Assembly (NCBI GenBank): GCA_043798915.1
Contig: JAZDOG010000020.1
Coordinates: forward strand, 48,520-112,519
From: Pseudomonadota bacterium
Lineage (GTDB): Bacteria > UBA10199 > 2-02-FULL-44-16 > JAAZCA01
Reading direction: 5' to 3'
Length of the DNA stretch: 64,000 nt
Shown: positions 1-10,463 of the stretch, one piece after another
Position numbering within the stretch: position 1 is the stretch's first letter
Layout of the letters: each line of letters begins with the position of its first letter
The notes under the pieces: generated by a model
The model's input: only the letters and a program-made list of their open reading frames with translations
Database searches by the model: none
Told to the model about the DNA's origin: nothing
Made by a program: the position numbers and the translations under genes

Positions 1-1
1 C

Positions 2-298
2 GATCTGCCGGTGGAGAGCGCCGGCTGCAGGCACGTCTATCAGATGTACACTGTTAAAACGGGCAGAGAAAGAGACCGGGTTGTTTTGAGGTTGAGGGAA
101 ATGGGCGTGGGCGCGTCCGTTCATTTTGATCCGCCGGCTCACCTGCAGCCGTATTACATGGATAACTTCGGATGCAGGAGGGGCGACCTGCCGGCAACCG
201 AGCGATTGGCGGACTCTATATTGACCCTGCCGATGTATCCGCAGATGAAAAGGCCGGATCTCGATTTTATAATCTCCGCCATGAAGGAGGTCCTGTGA
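2..298 (+). CDS. DegT/DnrJ/EryC1/StrS family aminotransferase, 3' part (starts before the window)
   Basis: C-terminal motifs HVYQMY, VHFDPPAHLQPYY, LPATERLADSILTLPMYPQM; frame open from position 2. Confidence 0.85.
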   Translation, partial: DLPVESAGCRHVYQMYTVKTGRERDRVVLRLREMGVGASVHFDPPAHLQPYYMDNFGCRRGDLPATERLADSILTLPMYPQMKRPDLDFIISAMKEVL

Positions 299-1209
299 TT
301 GTGGACGACCATCGGAAATTCAACATGCCTTATGTTGTAGTCTTTGTGCCCGCGCACAACGAGGAGGGCTCGATCGGTCGGGTGATCGAGGCGATCGATA
401 AGAGTTACCGCGGCGATGCCCCCCGCGACTATGTTTTGGATATCGTGGTGGTGGACGACGGATCCAGCGATGAGACTGCACGGATAGCCAGGCAGATGAA
501 GGTCAAGAGGGTCATCAGCCATCCGTACAATAGGGGTCTGGGGGCGGCCACAAGGACCGGGATGCAGGTCGCCTATGAGATGGAAGCGGATGTCGCCGTC
601 AAGATAGACGCCGACTTTCAACACGATCCTGAGGATATCGAGCGCGTTATCCGTCCGATTCTTGAGGACAGGGCTGACTGCGTGTTCGGCTCAAGATTTC
701 TCGGGGGCCTTCAATACAAGATGCCATTGTACCGCTCTCTGGGGAATAAATTTTTCGGCTGGATGACGGGCACGATCATCAAGCAAAAGGTCACGGACGG
801 GCAGACCGGCCTGATGGCATTCAACAGGAGATATCTTTCGAGATTCACAATTTTAAGGGATTACAACGAAACCCAGCAGCTGATCATAGATTCCTGGGGG
901 AAGGGCATGAGGGTCATAGAGGTCTCGGTGCTGTTTCACAAGCGCGTTTCCGGACAATCATTTATCTCCTGGAAATATCCCCTTGAAGTCATCCCTTCGA
1001 TTCTAAGGGCCTGCGCGCATGCAAACCCTTTAAGGGTATTCCTGACTCTGGGGCTTGCGGTGACGCTGACCGGAGTGCTCATCGCTGCCGCGTGGATCTC
1101 CGGCTTGACTCGGTTTCCTGGAGATGCCGCCGCCTCGATACTGATCGTCGTGGGGGCGCAGATAATCCTTTTTGGTTTTCTTGCCGATATCATCAAATTC
1201 AATCGCTAG
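295..1209 (+). CDS. GT2 glycosyltransferase (polyprenol-phosphate sugar transferase-like, two C-terminal TM helices)
   Basis: VPAHNEE, VVDDGSSD, NRGLGAA, DADFQHDP; GTG at 295 overlaps the upstream TGA and follows AAGGAGG (alternative ATG at 325). Confidence 0.85.
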   Translation: MIVDDHRKFNMPYVVVFVPAHNEEGSIGRVIEAIDKSYRGDAPRDYVLDIVVVDDGSSDETARIARQMKVKRVISHPYNRGLGAATRTGMQVAYEMEADVAVKIDADFQHDPEDIERVIRPILEDRADCVFGSRFLGGLQYKMPLYRSLGNKFFGWMTGTIIKQKVTDGQTGLMAFNRRYLSRFTILRDYNETQQLIIDSWGKGMRVIEVSVLFHKRVSGQSFISWKYPLEVIPSILRACAHANPLRVFLTLGLAVTLTGVLIAAAWISGLTRFPGDAAASILIVVGAQIILFGFLADIIKFNR

Positions 1210-1223
1210 ATGGGAAAGGCGGA

Positions 1224-2600
1224 ATGAACATGAAGTTTTTTTCAACAAGACAGGGGATGATCGTTTTTGTTCTGGGGTTCCTCATGGTGATGGTGATGGC
1301 CTTTTGCTTCAGGTGGGCGCCCATTTACGATGCTGCGCAATACGAACATCTCGGCTGGAACCTCTCGCAGGGGAACGGGCTTTCAAATTCCATCGCGCCG
1401 CCCTTTGTTCTGACGGCCGATCGCGAGCCTCTGTACCCGTTTTTTATCAGCATCATTTACAGAATATTCGGGCGCCATTACGGGTGTGTCTATATTGCGC
1501 AGGGTTTCCTCGTCGCCCTCTCCTCCTTGTTGACATTCAAGCTGGCCGGGCGCTTTTTTTGCCAGCGCATAGCCTTCCTGGCCGGCATCCTTGTGGCGGC
1601 AGACCCCACCATCTCGGGTTTTGCCGGCCAGTTCTGGACAGAGTCGCTTGCTCTTTTTCTCCTGATCTCCTTCATCTATATGATGGCTGTCTTCAAGGAA
1701 GAGCGTCCATTTCTCTTTGCGCTATCAGGAGGCGCGCTGATTGGCCTTCTGACTCTTTGCCGCGCCGTGTTTATGCTCATGCCTCTGGCCGTTGCGGCGT
1801 TGTTGATCTTTTCAAAACATCAGCCGTTGAAAAAGCGGCTGCTTCAGGTTGTCGCGCTGATGGCCGCCTTCACAATTATCGTGGGGCCCTGGATATATCG
1901 AAACAAAAAGGAATTCAATGTTCCGTCCATCACGACTCGCTCTGGCCATCTGCTTCTGTGGCGGGCCTTGAGGACAGAGTACACGCCGAAGGATATGCTG
2001 ATACATCTTTCATATGGTGCCTCCGACACTCTGGGACGCAGGCTTTTTCCCGGTGAATATTCACGGATGTCGGTGAGGGGTGTCTGGGGGCCTGAAAATA
2101 TATATGAGAAGGGCGCAAGGATGTATCTTGACTATCTTGCCAGGGGGTATTCCGAATTTGAAGCGGATCGCATGCTTCAACTCGAAGCCGTCAATATTAT
2201 CAAAAAGCACCCGGCCATGTATGTGCTTCAGTCCTTTCTGGAATTGTGGAAGCTTTCTTTCTTTGAAGTCGTCCCTTTTGCATATTCAGACAAGTACAAA
2301 CAGCTGATGCAGGGCGGGGCAACATTTTATGTCATAGGAAAAATGCTTCGCGTGGGGCTTCGTTATTATTACTCATGGCTGATCATCGCCCTGGCTGCTG
2401 TGGGTTTAATCAGAGGCCACCGCAGTCTGGATGGCAGGAAATCGGTATTTCTGCTGCCGATAGTTTATGTGATTATCACCGCCATGCCTTTAAATGCCGG
2501 CCCGAGATACCTGTGTCCGGCCCTGCCATTTATCATGATCTTTGCCGCAGCGGCGTTTTTTGATCAAGACCTGTCCGGTTTTAAGGAGCGTAGCCCGTAA
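1224..2600 (+). CDS. ArnT/PMT-like (GT39-like, GT-C) membrane glycosyltransferase
   Basis: Multi-TM protein; YDAAQY, REPLYPFF, WTESLA, PWIYRN, PRYLCP motifs. Confidence 0.75.
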   Translation: MNMKFFSTRQGMIVFVLGFLMVMVMAFCFRWAPIYDAAQYEHLGWNLSQGNGLSNSIAPPFVLTADREPLYPFFISIIYRIFGRHYGCVYIAQGFLVALSSLLTFKLAGRFFCQRIAFLAGILVAADPTISGFAGQFWTESLALFLLISFIYMMAVFKEERPFLFALSGGALIGLLTLCRAVFMLMPLAVAALLIFSKHQPLKKRLLQVVALMAAFTIIVGPWIYRNKKEFNVPSITTRSGHLLLWRALRTEYTPKDMLIHLSYGASDTLGRRLFPGEYSRMSVRGVWGPENIYEKGARMYLDYLARGYSEFEADRMLQLEAVNIIKKHPAMYVLQSFLELWKLSFFEVVPFAYSDKYKQLMQGGATFYVIGKMLRVGLRYYYSWLIIALAAVGLIRGHRSLDGRKSVFLLPIVYVIITAMPLNAGPRYLCPALPFIMIFAAAAFFDQDLSGFKERSP

Positions 2601-2616
2601 GGGCTATGTCTGATTC

Positions 2617-3369
2617 ATGATATTCATAATCCTTCCCGCCTACAATGAAGAGAAACATGTTTCATCTCTGCTTCAAATGATCGACTTGAGTCTAAAGGAA
2701 TACAGCCATGAATATAAGGCCATTTTAGTGGATGATGGTTCAACGGATGACACGGTCAAGATCGCAAGATCGTTTGGGGGGCTGATGCCTGTCGCGGTCA
2801 TTTCCCACGACAAAAATATGGGATTGGGTGAGGCCATCAAAACGGGTCTCGTTCATGTCGTTCAAGCGGCTGTTGACAATGATGTCATAATCACGATGGA
2901 CGCGGACAACACACACGCCGCCGGCCTCATCATGCGCTTGAACCGCAATATCTGGGAGGGATGCGATGTGGTGATTGCCTCTCGCTATGTAAAGGGGGCT
3001 CAGGTCATTGGGGTCCCGCTCTCAAGAGGGTTCTTGAGCCTTGGGGCGAACATTTTGTTAAGAGTCCTTTTTCATATTCGAGGGATACGGGATTACACAT
3101 GTGGTTACCGTGCTTATCGGGTCTCTTTATTGAAGAAGGCGTTTGAAAAATACGGCGATATATTCGTATCGGAATCGGGATTTTGCTGCCAGATAGACAT
3201 CCTGCTTAAATTGAGGGCATTTCAGCCTGTTATCAGCGAGGTGCCTATCATCTTAAGGTATGACCATCGCAAGGCCATATCGAAAATGAATGTAAAACAA
3301 ACGATCAAGGACACATTAAAGTTAATATCCAAACAATTCTTCAAAACCAGCCACCATTCCGATCAATAA
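2617..3369 (+). CDS. GT2 glycosyltransferase (Dol-P-Man synthase-like)
   Basis: LPAYNEE, VDDGSTD, MDADNTH, IASRY, DYTCGYRAYR. Confidence 0.85.
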   Translation: MIFIILPAYNEEKHVSSLLQMIDLSLKEYSHEYKAILVDDGSTDDTVKIARSFGGLMPVAVISHDKNMGLGEAIKTGLVHVVQAAVDNDVIITMDADNTHAAGLIMRLNRNIWEGCDVVIASRYVKGAQVIGVPLSRGFLSLGANILLRVLFHIRGIRDYTCGYRAYRVSLLKKAFEKYGDIFVSESGFCCQIDILLKLRAFQPVISEVPIILRYDHRKAISKMNVKQTIKDTLKLISKQFFKTSHHSDQ

Positions 3370-3398
3370 AGGCTCGAAGGCGATAAAAAACGAAACAT

Positions 3399-4319
3399 AT
3401 GAATGAAAAAAATCTAAAATGTCCTGTTTGTAATTCTAAAAATATAATCATCAAATATAGAGAAGGGAAAGAAAAACCAAGCTTGGAGATAGGGTATGCC
3501 CGTGCCGGGGTAATTTCAGAATTATATAAATGCAAAGGATGCGGTGTTAAATTCACAAATGTTTTAATTAATTTTGATAAAAATATTTATGCTTCTGGCA
3601 ATGATGTAATTTATAAAAGATCGGAGCGTGCCAGAAAGTTAACATTTAAAAAAGATATTGAAAACCTCTTAAAGAAATTTAGAGGCGCAAAGGGAGGTAT
3701 TTTAGACGTCGGCTGCGGACCGGGCTATTTTTTAGAAATTGTTAAAGAAAAAGGATTTAAGGCCGATGGGATTGATCTTTCAACTGCAGATTGTGCCGAA
3801 GCCAATTCAAAAGGATTGAACGTTTATTGCACAGATTTCATGAATTTCTGTGAAAAGAATAAAGACAAAAAATATGATTTAATTACAATGTGGGATTTTA
3901 TAGAACACGTTGAAAATCCTCAAGAGGTAATGGTTAATTGTCATAATATTCTTAATATTGACGGCAAATTAGTAATAAGCACGCCTGACGCAGGAAGTTT
4001 ATTTGCAAAAATAATGGGCAGAAGATGGTGGAATCTTCTGAGCATGCATCTATTATATTTTAATAAAAGAAGCATAAAATACCTTCTTGAAAACAATGGA
4101 TTCAGGGTTTTGGATATTGGATCTTATTCCAGGATTTTAAATATCAAGCATGGTTTAAATTGGTTAAACAGATATCCTGGTTTGTTTAAAATTGCAGAGT
4201 TCTTTATAGCTTTATTGGGAATAGATAAGCTTAATCTGCCTCTTAATTTCTTTGATAGCATGATAGTCTACGCTGAGAAGAAAGAACCGCTATCCAAGCA
4301 AGGCCATCTTGCGCTTTAA
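3399..4319 (+). CDS. Class I SAM-dependent methyltransferase with N-terminal Cys pairs
   Basis: CPVC...CKGC, ILDVGCGPGYF, WDFIEHVENP, HLLYFN; markedly AT-rich. Confidence 0.85.
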   Translation: MNEKNLKCPVCNSKNIIIKYREGKEKPSLEIGYARAGVISELYKCKGCGVKFTNVLINFDKNIYASGNDVIYKRSERARKLTFKKDIENLLKKFRGAKGGILDVGCGPGYFLEIVKEKGFKADGIDLSTADCAEANSKGLNVYCTDFMNFCEKNKDKKYDLITMWDFIEHVENPQEVMVNCHNILNIDGKLVISTPDAGSLFAKIMGRRWWNLLSMHLLYFNKRSIKYLLENNGFRVLDIGSYSRILNIKHGLNWLNRYPGLFKIAEFFIALLGIDKLNLPLNFFDSMIVYAEKKEPLSKQGHLAL

Positions 4320-5429
4320 TATCTTAAGGATCCTCTCGCATGCCCTTCCATCCCCAAAAGGATTCTTGCCGGTCGTTTTCGGGGGTCTATCCAGCCACTT
4401 CATGGCCAATGCAACGATGTCATCTTTTTTCGTTCCGACGATCCGCCCCATGCCGGAGGCTGCGAGCTCCGGGCGTTCAGTCCTTTTCCTCATCACTATC
4501 ACGGGCACCCCAAATGACGGCGCCTCTTCCTGTATCCCGCCTGAATCCGTGAGCACGAGAGCGGAACGCGCGAGCAGATATAGCAGCGGTTCGTATTCCA
4601 ATGGTTCTACCAGATAGAGATGTTCGTGGTCAGAGAGTATCTTTCTCACAGTCCCGCGCACATTGGGGTTTGGATGGACGGGAAATACGCATCTGATGTC
4701 ACAGCGGCTTTCTAAAAGTGAATGGATGGCATGGCAGATGGATTCCAGTTCCTTTCCAAAGCTCTCCCTCCTGTGGGCAGTTATGAGCACCAGCTTGCCG
4801 AAGGATTTTCCTGTCAGATTCAATTTGTACCTGTCCATGAAAAAATCGGTCCATTTTTTACTTTTCTTGGTGTCTTGAAGGCGGCGATTAATATATTTCA
4901 AGGAATCGACGACTGTATTGCCTGTCACAAATATTCGCTTGGATGAAATGCCCTCGTTCAAAAGGTTCTGCTTCGCGATACTTGTCGGCGCGAAGCAGAT
5001 GTCGGCCAGGCGGTCGATAAGAACTCTATTGATCTCCTCAGGAAATGGGTTGTCGAAATGGAAGGAACGCAGGCCCGCCTCCACGTGGGCGATTGGGATG
5101 CCCTTGTAGGCGGCAGCGATCGCTGTCATCACGGCTGTTGTGGTGTCGCCATGGACGATCACTAAAGAAGGCCTGGTCTTATCCAGGAAGGGCCCTAGCT
5201 GACCGAGGGCTCGGCTTGAGAATCTGGTCAGATCTTGATCGTCCTCCATTAAGTCGAAATCGATATCAGGTTTGATCTCAAAGAGGTCGAGCACCTGATC
5301 CAGCAGATGACGATGCTGGGACGTGACGCAGACCGTAGTTAGGAATGACCTCTCCCTTTTTAATTTGAGAATCAGAGGGGCCAGCTTGATGGCCTCAGGC
5401 CTTGTGCCAAAGACGAAACATATCTTCAT
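4290..5429 (-). CDS. wecB: UDP-N-acetylglucosamine 2-epimerase (non-hydrolysing)
   Basis: FGTRPEAIKLAP, HGDTTT, HVEAGLRS, PFPEEINR, TAHRRE, TDSGGIQEEA, NPFGDG. Confidence 0.95.
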   Translation of the reverse strand: MKICFVFGTRPEAIKLAPLILKLKRERSFLTTVCVTSQHRHLLDQVLDLFEIKPDIDFDLMEDDQDLTRFSSRALGQLGPFLDKTRPSLVIVHGDTTTAVMTAIAAAYKGIPIAHVEAGLRSFHFDNPFPEEINRVLIDRLADICFAPTSIAKQNLLNEGISSKRIFVTGNTVVDSLKYINRRLQDTKKSKKWTDFFMDRYKLNLTGKSFGKLVLITAHRRESFGKELESICHAIHSLLESRCDIRCVFPVHPNPNVRGTVRKILSDHEHLYLVEPLEYEPLLYLLARSALVLTDSGGIQEEAPSFGVPVIVMRKRTERPELAASGMGRIVGTKKDDIVALAMKWLDRPPKTTGKNPFGDGRACERILKILKRKMALLG

Positions 5430-5461
5430 AGCTCAAAATCTCTTTCTAAAGGCCATCTTCA

Positions 5462-7150
5462 TTATTTATCAAGACGATATAGTTTAAAATGTGCAGTCTG
5501 CACCACAAGAGTCAAATTGAACGTCTGAAAAATCCTCTGATAGTCTGGAGCGAACTCATTATCAAAATAGCCTGAATAACTTGACAAAAAAAGCGGTTTT
5601 TTGTCTTCGAGGAGACCGCGCACAAGCTCATCCGTTGCCAACGGGACAGCCGGGGGAAATATTTTGCCCTTGAAGTAGAATTGCAGATCGGCATAGGCCA
5701 CGTTTGGCGAGACTGCGATAAATGTCACGTTTTTGGAACGTCCCACCTGATGCGTAAATAGTATCGGTTCGAAATCAGAAATCAGGAAAGAACCATCCGG
5801 CAATTTATTCTTCATAAAGTCCAGATAATCCCGCTTGAGCGTTTCAAATGGCGGATGAGAGTATGAATAGGCGAAGGGAATGAAGGTCAGGAGACCGATA
5901 AATATTACGGCTGGCGCTTTTTTAAAAAATCGGCCTATCCCTGCTGCCGCAGACAAGATTATGATCGGAGCGACGGGAAGCATGTAACACGTGCTTTGTG
6001 AGAAGAGAAACACATGCGGCAGGTAATATGCCGCAAAAAAAATGGCAGAAAAAAAGAAAAAAGGTCTATCCCTTCGATAAAACTGGACGAGTCCAAAGAC
6101 AGCAAAGAGCCAGATGATAATTGCGAGAGCTATTTGATCGGGCCGAGCCGATAAAATAGTGGAGGGTTCCGCTCCTGTCGAGGAAATAAGGTTATATAAT
6201 ATATTTGAACTTGCTCCGTATGCTGGCCTGGAAGCGTAACTCAAGGAAAATGGTCTCTGGATATTGGCCGTGAAATGTGTCCAGTAAGAATAACCAGTGA
6301 GCAACGGCGAACCGAATTCTCTCCATTGATAATAAAAGAGTCCCGCCAATGGAATAATGGCGCCTAGCAAAAGACTTGCGCTCCTTTTAAGTTTGAATTC
6401 CCGCTCGTTCTGCATCAGGAGATAAACAACCGCCGCTGGTACCGCGGCTATGGCGAGATAACGGACGGCCGCCGCGAAACCAAGCAGGAAACCCGCGATC
6501 ATCAGCTTTGCTGTGCCGGTCTTTTTATCGGCAAGCAAAAGCAATGCCCCTAAAACAAGAAACAGCGGCGCCATCATGGGCAATATAATCCGGCTATTGG
6601 AGATATGAAGGGGTGAAAACGAAAGGAGCAGAAGAGCCAGCAAGGCAGTTTGCTCATCCGCGATTTTCCGCCCCAAGCGATATATTATGAGGAGCGAAAG
6701 AATTCCCAAAAGAAGGGGGCAAAAAACACCCGCCCCAAGATCGCTGCCAAATACGAGGTAAAAAGGCGCAAGCATCATAGAAAAACCTGGGGCCTTGCTC
6801 ATCGGGTGATCTGTCTGGTTAATAGGGACGGATAAGGTGCCCGAACTTATAAGCTCTGCCGCAGGAACGGCGTAGTGAACACTGTCAAAACTTACCATCT
6901 CTTCAAATCCACGGCTAGCGGAAACGACCCTTAATAAAATCGCACTAATCAAAATGACACAATAAAACATCTTATTGATCCTGATCGAAGAAAATTTAAA
7001 GCGATGTTTCAAGAAAAAGAAGACAGTGAAGAGCAAAGCGGCAAGGACCAACCCCTTTTCAAGCAAGCGGAGCTGATAGACAGTCCAGGGCAGGAGCTGA
7101 TGGTCCAGGCTCAGATGTTTTTGAACGAAAAATTCAAGTGGATGCATCAT
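5462..7150 (-). CDS. ArnT/PMT-like (GT39-like) membrane glycosyltransferase
   Basis: Multi-TM; FDSVHY, APGFS, FSPLHI, AVRY; start may be the second ATG at 7147. Confidence 0.7.
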   Translation of the reverse strand: MMHPLEFFVQKHLSLDHQLLPWTVYQLRLLEKGLVLAALLFTVFFFLKHRFKFSSIRINKMFYCVILISAILLRVVSASRGFEEMVSFDSVHYAVPAAELISSGTLSVPINQTDHPMSKAPGFSMMLAPFYLVFGSDLGAGVFCPLLLGILSLLIIYRLGRKIADEQTALLALLLLSFSPLHISNSRIILPMMAPLFLVLGALLLLADKKTGTAKLMIAGFLLGFAAAVRYLAIAAVPAAVVYLLMQNEREFKLKRSASLLLGAIIPLAGLFYYQWREFGSPLLTGYSYWTHFTANIQRPFSLSYASRPAYGASSNILYNLISSTGAEPSTILSARPDQIALAIIIWLFAVFGLVQFYRRDRPFFFFSAIFFAAYYLPHVFLFSQSTCYMLPVAPIIILSAAAGIGRFFKKAPAVIFIGLLTFIPFAYSYSHPPFETLKRDYLDFMKNKLPDGSFLISDFEPILFTHQVGRSKNVTFIAVSPNVAYADLQFYFKGKIFPPAVPLATDELVRGLLEDKKPLFLSSYSGYFDNEFAPDYQRIFQTFNLTLVVQTAHFKLYRLDK

Positions 7151-7207
7151 GTTAAGGGTATCGCTAAAAACCGCATTTGCAAGGCAAAGTTTCTCCTAAG
7201 GAAATCA

Positions 7208-7236
7208 TTGCCAAGGAGCCGCCTTTTAAGTATAAA
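7208..7236 (+). promoter_or_regulatory. Sigma70-like promoter for gmd
   Basis: TTGCCA (7208-13), 17-bp spacer, TATAAA (7231-36). Confidence 0.55.
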
Positions 7237-7246
7237 GCCGTCGCTT

Positions 7247-8242
7247 ATGAAACGCGCCTTAATCACAGGGATAACCGGCCAGGATGGTTCTTATCTGGCA
7301 GAGCTTCTGCTGCAGAAGGGCTATAGTGTGTACGGCGTTGTTCGGCTTTCGCGCACCTATGGTTTTGAAAACATAAAAGGAATCCTCGACCGGATCACGC
7401 TGCTTGATGCTGACCTGTTGGAGCACACATCGCTGACCGCTCTATTGGAAGATGTTGAGCCTGACGAGGTGTACAACCTGGGCTCATTGTCCTATGTGCC
7501 AACATCATGGAAGATGCCGGTATTGATGGCAGAGATAAATGCCGTTGGCGTCGGTCGCATCCTGGAAGCCATTCGGTGCGTGAATCCCAAAATAAGATTT
7601 TACCAGGCCTCCAGCAGCGAGATGTTTGGGGCTGTCAAGGAAGTTCCGCAAAACGAGGATACGCCGTTCAATCCGGTCAACCCCTATGCGGTCGCGAAGG
7701 TCTATGGCCATCACATCACACGAATATACCGTGAGGCTTATGGTCTCAATGCCTGCAGTGGCATCCTTTTTAATCACGAATCCCCGCGCCGCGGCCTGCA
7801 GTTTGTCACCAGAAAAGTAACCAGGGGCGTCGCACAGATCAAACTCGGGCAGGCCAAGGAGATATGCCTGGGGAATTTAGAAGCCAAGAGGGATTGGGGG
7901 TATTCCCCTGATTACGTGGAGGCGATCTGGATGATGCTGCAGCAGCGGAAACCCGACGACTACGTCATCGCAACCGGAAAAACGCGCAGCGTCGAAGAAC
8001 TGCTGGACTGTGCCTTTAGCTATATCCGCCGCCCATGGCGGGAACACGTCAGGATTGATCCAAAGATGAAAAGGCCAGTCGATGTAAATCTGCTCGTGGG
8101 CGATGCGAGCAAGGCCAAACAGCATTTAAATTGGTCGCCGAAGAAGACTTTTCAAGAGATGATCTGGGAAATGGTAGAGGCTGACATCAGAGATCTCACC
8201 GATAATCGACAGGGTATGTCGCCCATCAGCACGGCCGGGTAA
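7247..8242 (+). CDS. gmd: GDP-mannose 4,6-dehydratase
   Basis: MKRALITGITGQDGSYLAE, YQASSSEMFG, PYAVAK, GILFNHESPRRG, FVTRKVT, KRDWG. Confidence 0.93.
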   Translation: MKRALITGITGQDGSYLAELLLQKGYSVYGVVRLSRTYGFENIKGILDRITLLDADLLEHTSLTALLEDVEPDEVYNLGSLSYVPTSWKMPVLMAEINAVGVGRILEAIRCVNPKIRFYQASSSEMFGAVKEVPQNEDTPFNPVNPYAVAKVYGHHITRIYREAYGLNACSGILFNHESPRRGLQFVTRKVTRGVAQIKLGQAKEICLGNLEAKRDWGYSPDYVEAIWMMLQQRKPDDYVIATGKTRSVEELLDCAFSYIRRPWREHVRIDPKMKRPVDVNLLVGDASKAKQHLNWSPKKTFQEMIWEMVEADIRDLTDNRQGMSPISTAG

Positions 8243-8252
8243 GGCGCGGCCG

Positions 8253-9383
8253 TCACGACCTGACCTGACAGCCGACTTTTTCCCGAGATGCCTTCAGGTA
8301 GATGGCCTTCAGAGTTTCGCAGTATAATCGATAATCGTATTTTTCTTCGATCAGGCGCCGGGCTTGCGCCCCGATATTGCCACAGAGGCGGTTGTCCTCC
8401 AGAAGGCCGGCAATGGAACCTGCAAATTTATTAAAATCATCCTCGATTATTATATTCTCCCCATGCACTACATCCAGGCCCTCGGCGCCCTTGCTGGAAG
8501 ACACGGTTGCCTTGCCCATGGCCATATATTCGAGAATCTTGAGCCTGCTGCCGGATCCATACCGGAGCGGCGCTATGCAGACCCGCGCCTTCTGCACATA
8601 GGGGCGCACGTCCTCCACCCGGCCCAGAAATTTCACGTTGGGCGGCGCCGGCATATTCAATGACCCTCCACCCAATATGTGGAATTCGGCATTTACCCGC
8701 GGCGCTATATCCTCGCAGATGATGCGAACTGCGTCGATATTTGGAAAATAGATCAGAGAGCCCATAAACAGGACGATCCTGCCGTCGTTGGAGCTCGTTT
8801 GATATCTGTCTATGTCCAGGCAGTTGGGGATATAGCTGATGCGCCCTTTCAGCTGAGGCAACTTGCCCAGGATGATATCCCGATCGGCGGTCGAACAAAC
8901 GATGACATGGGATGATCTGTTCAGCGCTGCAAGTTCATACTTGGTGGCGCGGCTGAGCAGCCATCCCTTCAGCGTTTTTTTTAAAGGGACCCGTCTGAGG
9001 GTGGGTCCTCGGTGCATTTCGTATTCCGCAAGCTTCCAATACACATTGTGTTCATCCAGGACAACCGGCACGCCCGGGAACTGGGCCGCAAGAGCAAAGA
9101 GGGATGGATGCTCGACTTGGATGATGTCGGGCTGTTCATCGATCCCGATCGGTTTGAAGGAGGTCCGATAGTAACTGGTCAGCCGTTTGATTCTGGAGGA
9201 CAACCCCTCGGGAAACAGCCGGTGATGAAATTTAACCCCGGCTATCGCCGGAACATCTGGATCAAAGGTGGAAAGCACAGACACCTGCGCTATTTGCGAG
9301 CACATCTGTGCCAGACTATGGACCCGCAGCGGGAATCCACCCCCAAAAGGGTTGCAGCTGGTGGTTATGATGAGCACCTTCAT
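8253..9383 (-). CDS. GT4 glycosyltransferase
   Basis: LDEHNV, FMGSLIYFPNIDA, APLRYGSGSRLKILEYMAMG. Confidence 0.88.
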   Translation of the reverse strand: MKVLIITTSCNPFGGGFPLRVHSLAQMCSQIAQVSVLSTFDPDVPAIAGVKFHHRLFPEGLSSRIKRLTSYYRTSFKPIGIDEQPDIIQVEHPSLFALAAQFPGVPVVLDEHNVYWKLAEYEMHRGPTLRRVPLKKTLKGWLLSRATKYELAALNRSSHVIVCSTADRDIILGKLPQLKGRISYIPNCLDIDRYQTSSNDGRIVLFMGSLIYFPNIDAVRIICEDIAPRVNAEFHILGGGSLNMPAPPNVKFLGRVEDVRPYVQKARVCIAPLRYGSGSRLKILEYMAMGKATVSSSKGAEGLDVVHGENIIIEDDFNKFAGSIAGLLEDNRLCGNIGAQARRLIEEKYDYRLYCETLKAIYLKASREKVGCQVRS

Positions 9384-10447
9384 CGTGCGCTTTCTATGAC
9401 GCGAAACAGGATTTCCTCAAACAAAGACCAATTGTATTTTTTTAGGATCAATTCCTTCGCATTGTCGCCGATGCTCTGACCCAGGTCAGCGCCGGCGATC
9501 AGCGCCCTTATCTTATCGGCAAAGCCGGCTTCGGTATCGGCGACCAGGCAATTTTTGTTGTTTTCAAGTTCCGGGATTCCCAGCAGGGCAAATGGAGTGA
9601 CCACCGTGGGTTTTCCATAAGCCATCATCTGCAGGACCTTTTCCAGAATTCCAACGCCGCGCCAGATTGGAGCGATGCATATATCCGATGCGCTGATGTA
9701 TGGCCCCAAGTTGTCCACGAATCCCCTGAAGTCGACGTTGTCTTTGAATGGGATGTCCAGCTTGCCTCTGCCTGCCAGAATTATTTTTGCCTCCGGAAAG
9801 GAAGGCGCCAGCCTGTCATTGATGAAATTTGCAGCCTCCAGGTTGGGAAAGTAGTTGTAGGAGCCAAGAAAAAGAATTATTTTTATGTCAACCGGCAGTC
9901 CAAGCATGTTGCGCGCCTCGGCCTTGGCGATTGAATTGACATCGTCGAAATCTACGCACGTCGGAATGACTTCGACTGTATTTTCATTGAAACCCATCCG
10001 GATATAGGCGATCCTGTCGGTCTCCGAGACCGTGATGATCTTCTTTGTTTTTCCAAGGAGGTTTTTTTCGGGAAGGATATTCCTCAGCCTGAAGAAATAA
10101 CCCGCGTTCAAATTTCTGCACAGGAGTTCGGGGTTGCCGTGGCTGTCGAATATGAAAGGGCGTCGCAGTTTCTTCGCAATTATGCTGCCGATGAGCGCAT
10201 GCCTGCCCTGACTCGCAAAGACGATGTCCACGTCGTCGAATAAATCGCAATTCAAGAACAGCGCTTTGAACAATTCAGCAAGGCGTTCGACAATTTTGAA
10301 TGGGCGGTCGAAAATCGGATGCGGGCTGTGAAGCAGGGTCGAGGGCAGGGCTGTCAGGGAGTGCCTCTTCGAGAGGACCATCATGAGGCTTGGAATGCGC
10401 GCAATCGTGTTGCGCTCATTCTGCTCTGGAATGAATAATATTTTCAT
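9380..10447 (-). CDS. GT4 glycosyltransferase
   Basis: MKILFIP start; FLGSYNYFPNLEA, IAPIWRGVGILEKVLQMMAYGKP. Confidence 0.85.
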   Translation of the reverse strand: MKILFIPEQNERNTIARIPSLMMVLSKRHSLTALPSTLLHSPHPIFDRPFKIVERLAELFKALFLNCDLFDDVDIVFASQGRHALIGSIIAKKLRRPFIFDSHGNPELLCRNLNAGYFFRLRNILPEKNLLGKTKKIITVSETDRIAYIRMGFNENTVEVIPTCVDFDDVNSIAKAEARNMLGLPVDIKIILFLGSYNYFPNLEAANFINDRLAPSFPEAKIILAGRGKLDIPFKDNVDFRGFVDNLGPYISASDICIAPIWRGVGILEKVLQMMAYGKPTVVTPFALLGIPELENNKNCLVADTEAGFADKIRALIAGADLGQSIGDNAKELILKKYNWSLFEEILFRVIESAR

Positions 10448-10463
10448 TATAAAAGGCGCGCCA

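Noticed and set aside
1172..2056. 294-aa alternative-frame ORF
   Set aside because: Almost entirely overlaps the GT39-like gene on the same strand; no recognisable motifs.
7004..7246. Upstream extensions in the ORF track (gmd; similarly 17845, 22343, 40207, 46862, 59327)
   Set aside because: They overlap neighbouring genes or promoters; family homology starts at downstream ATGs.
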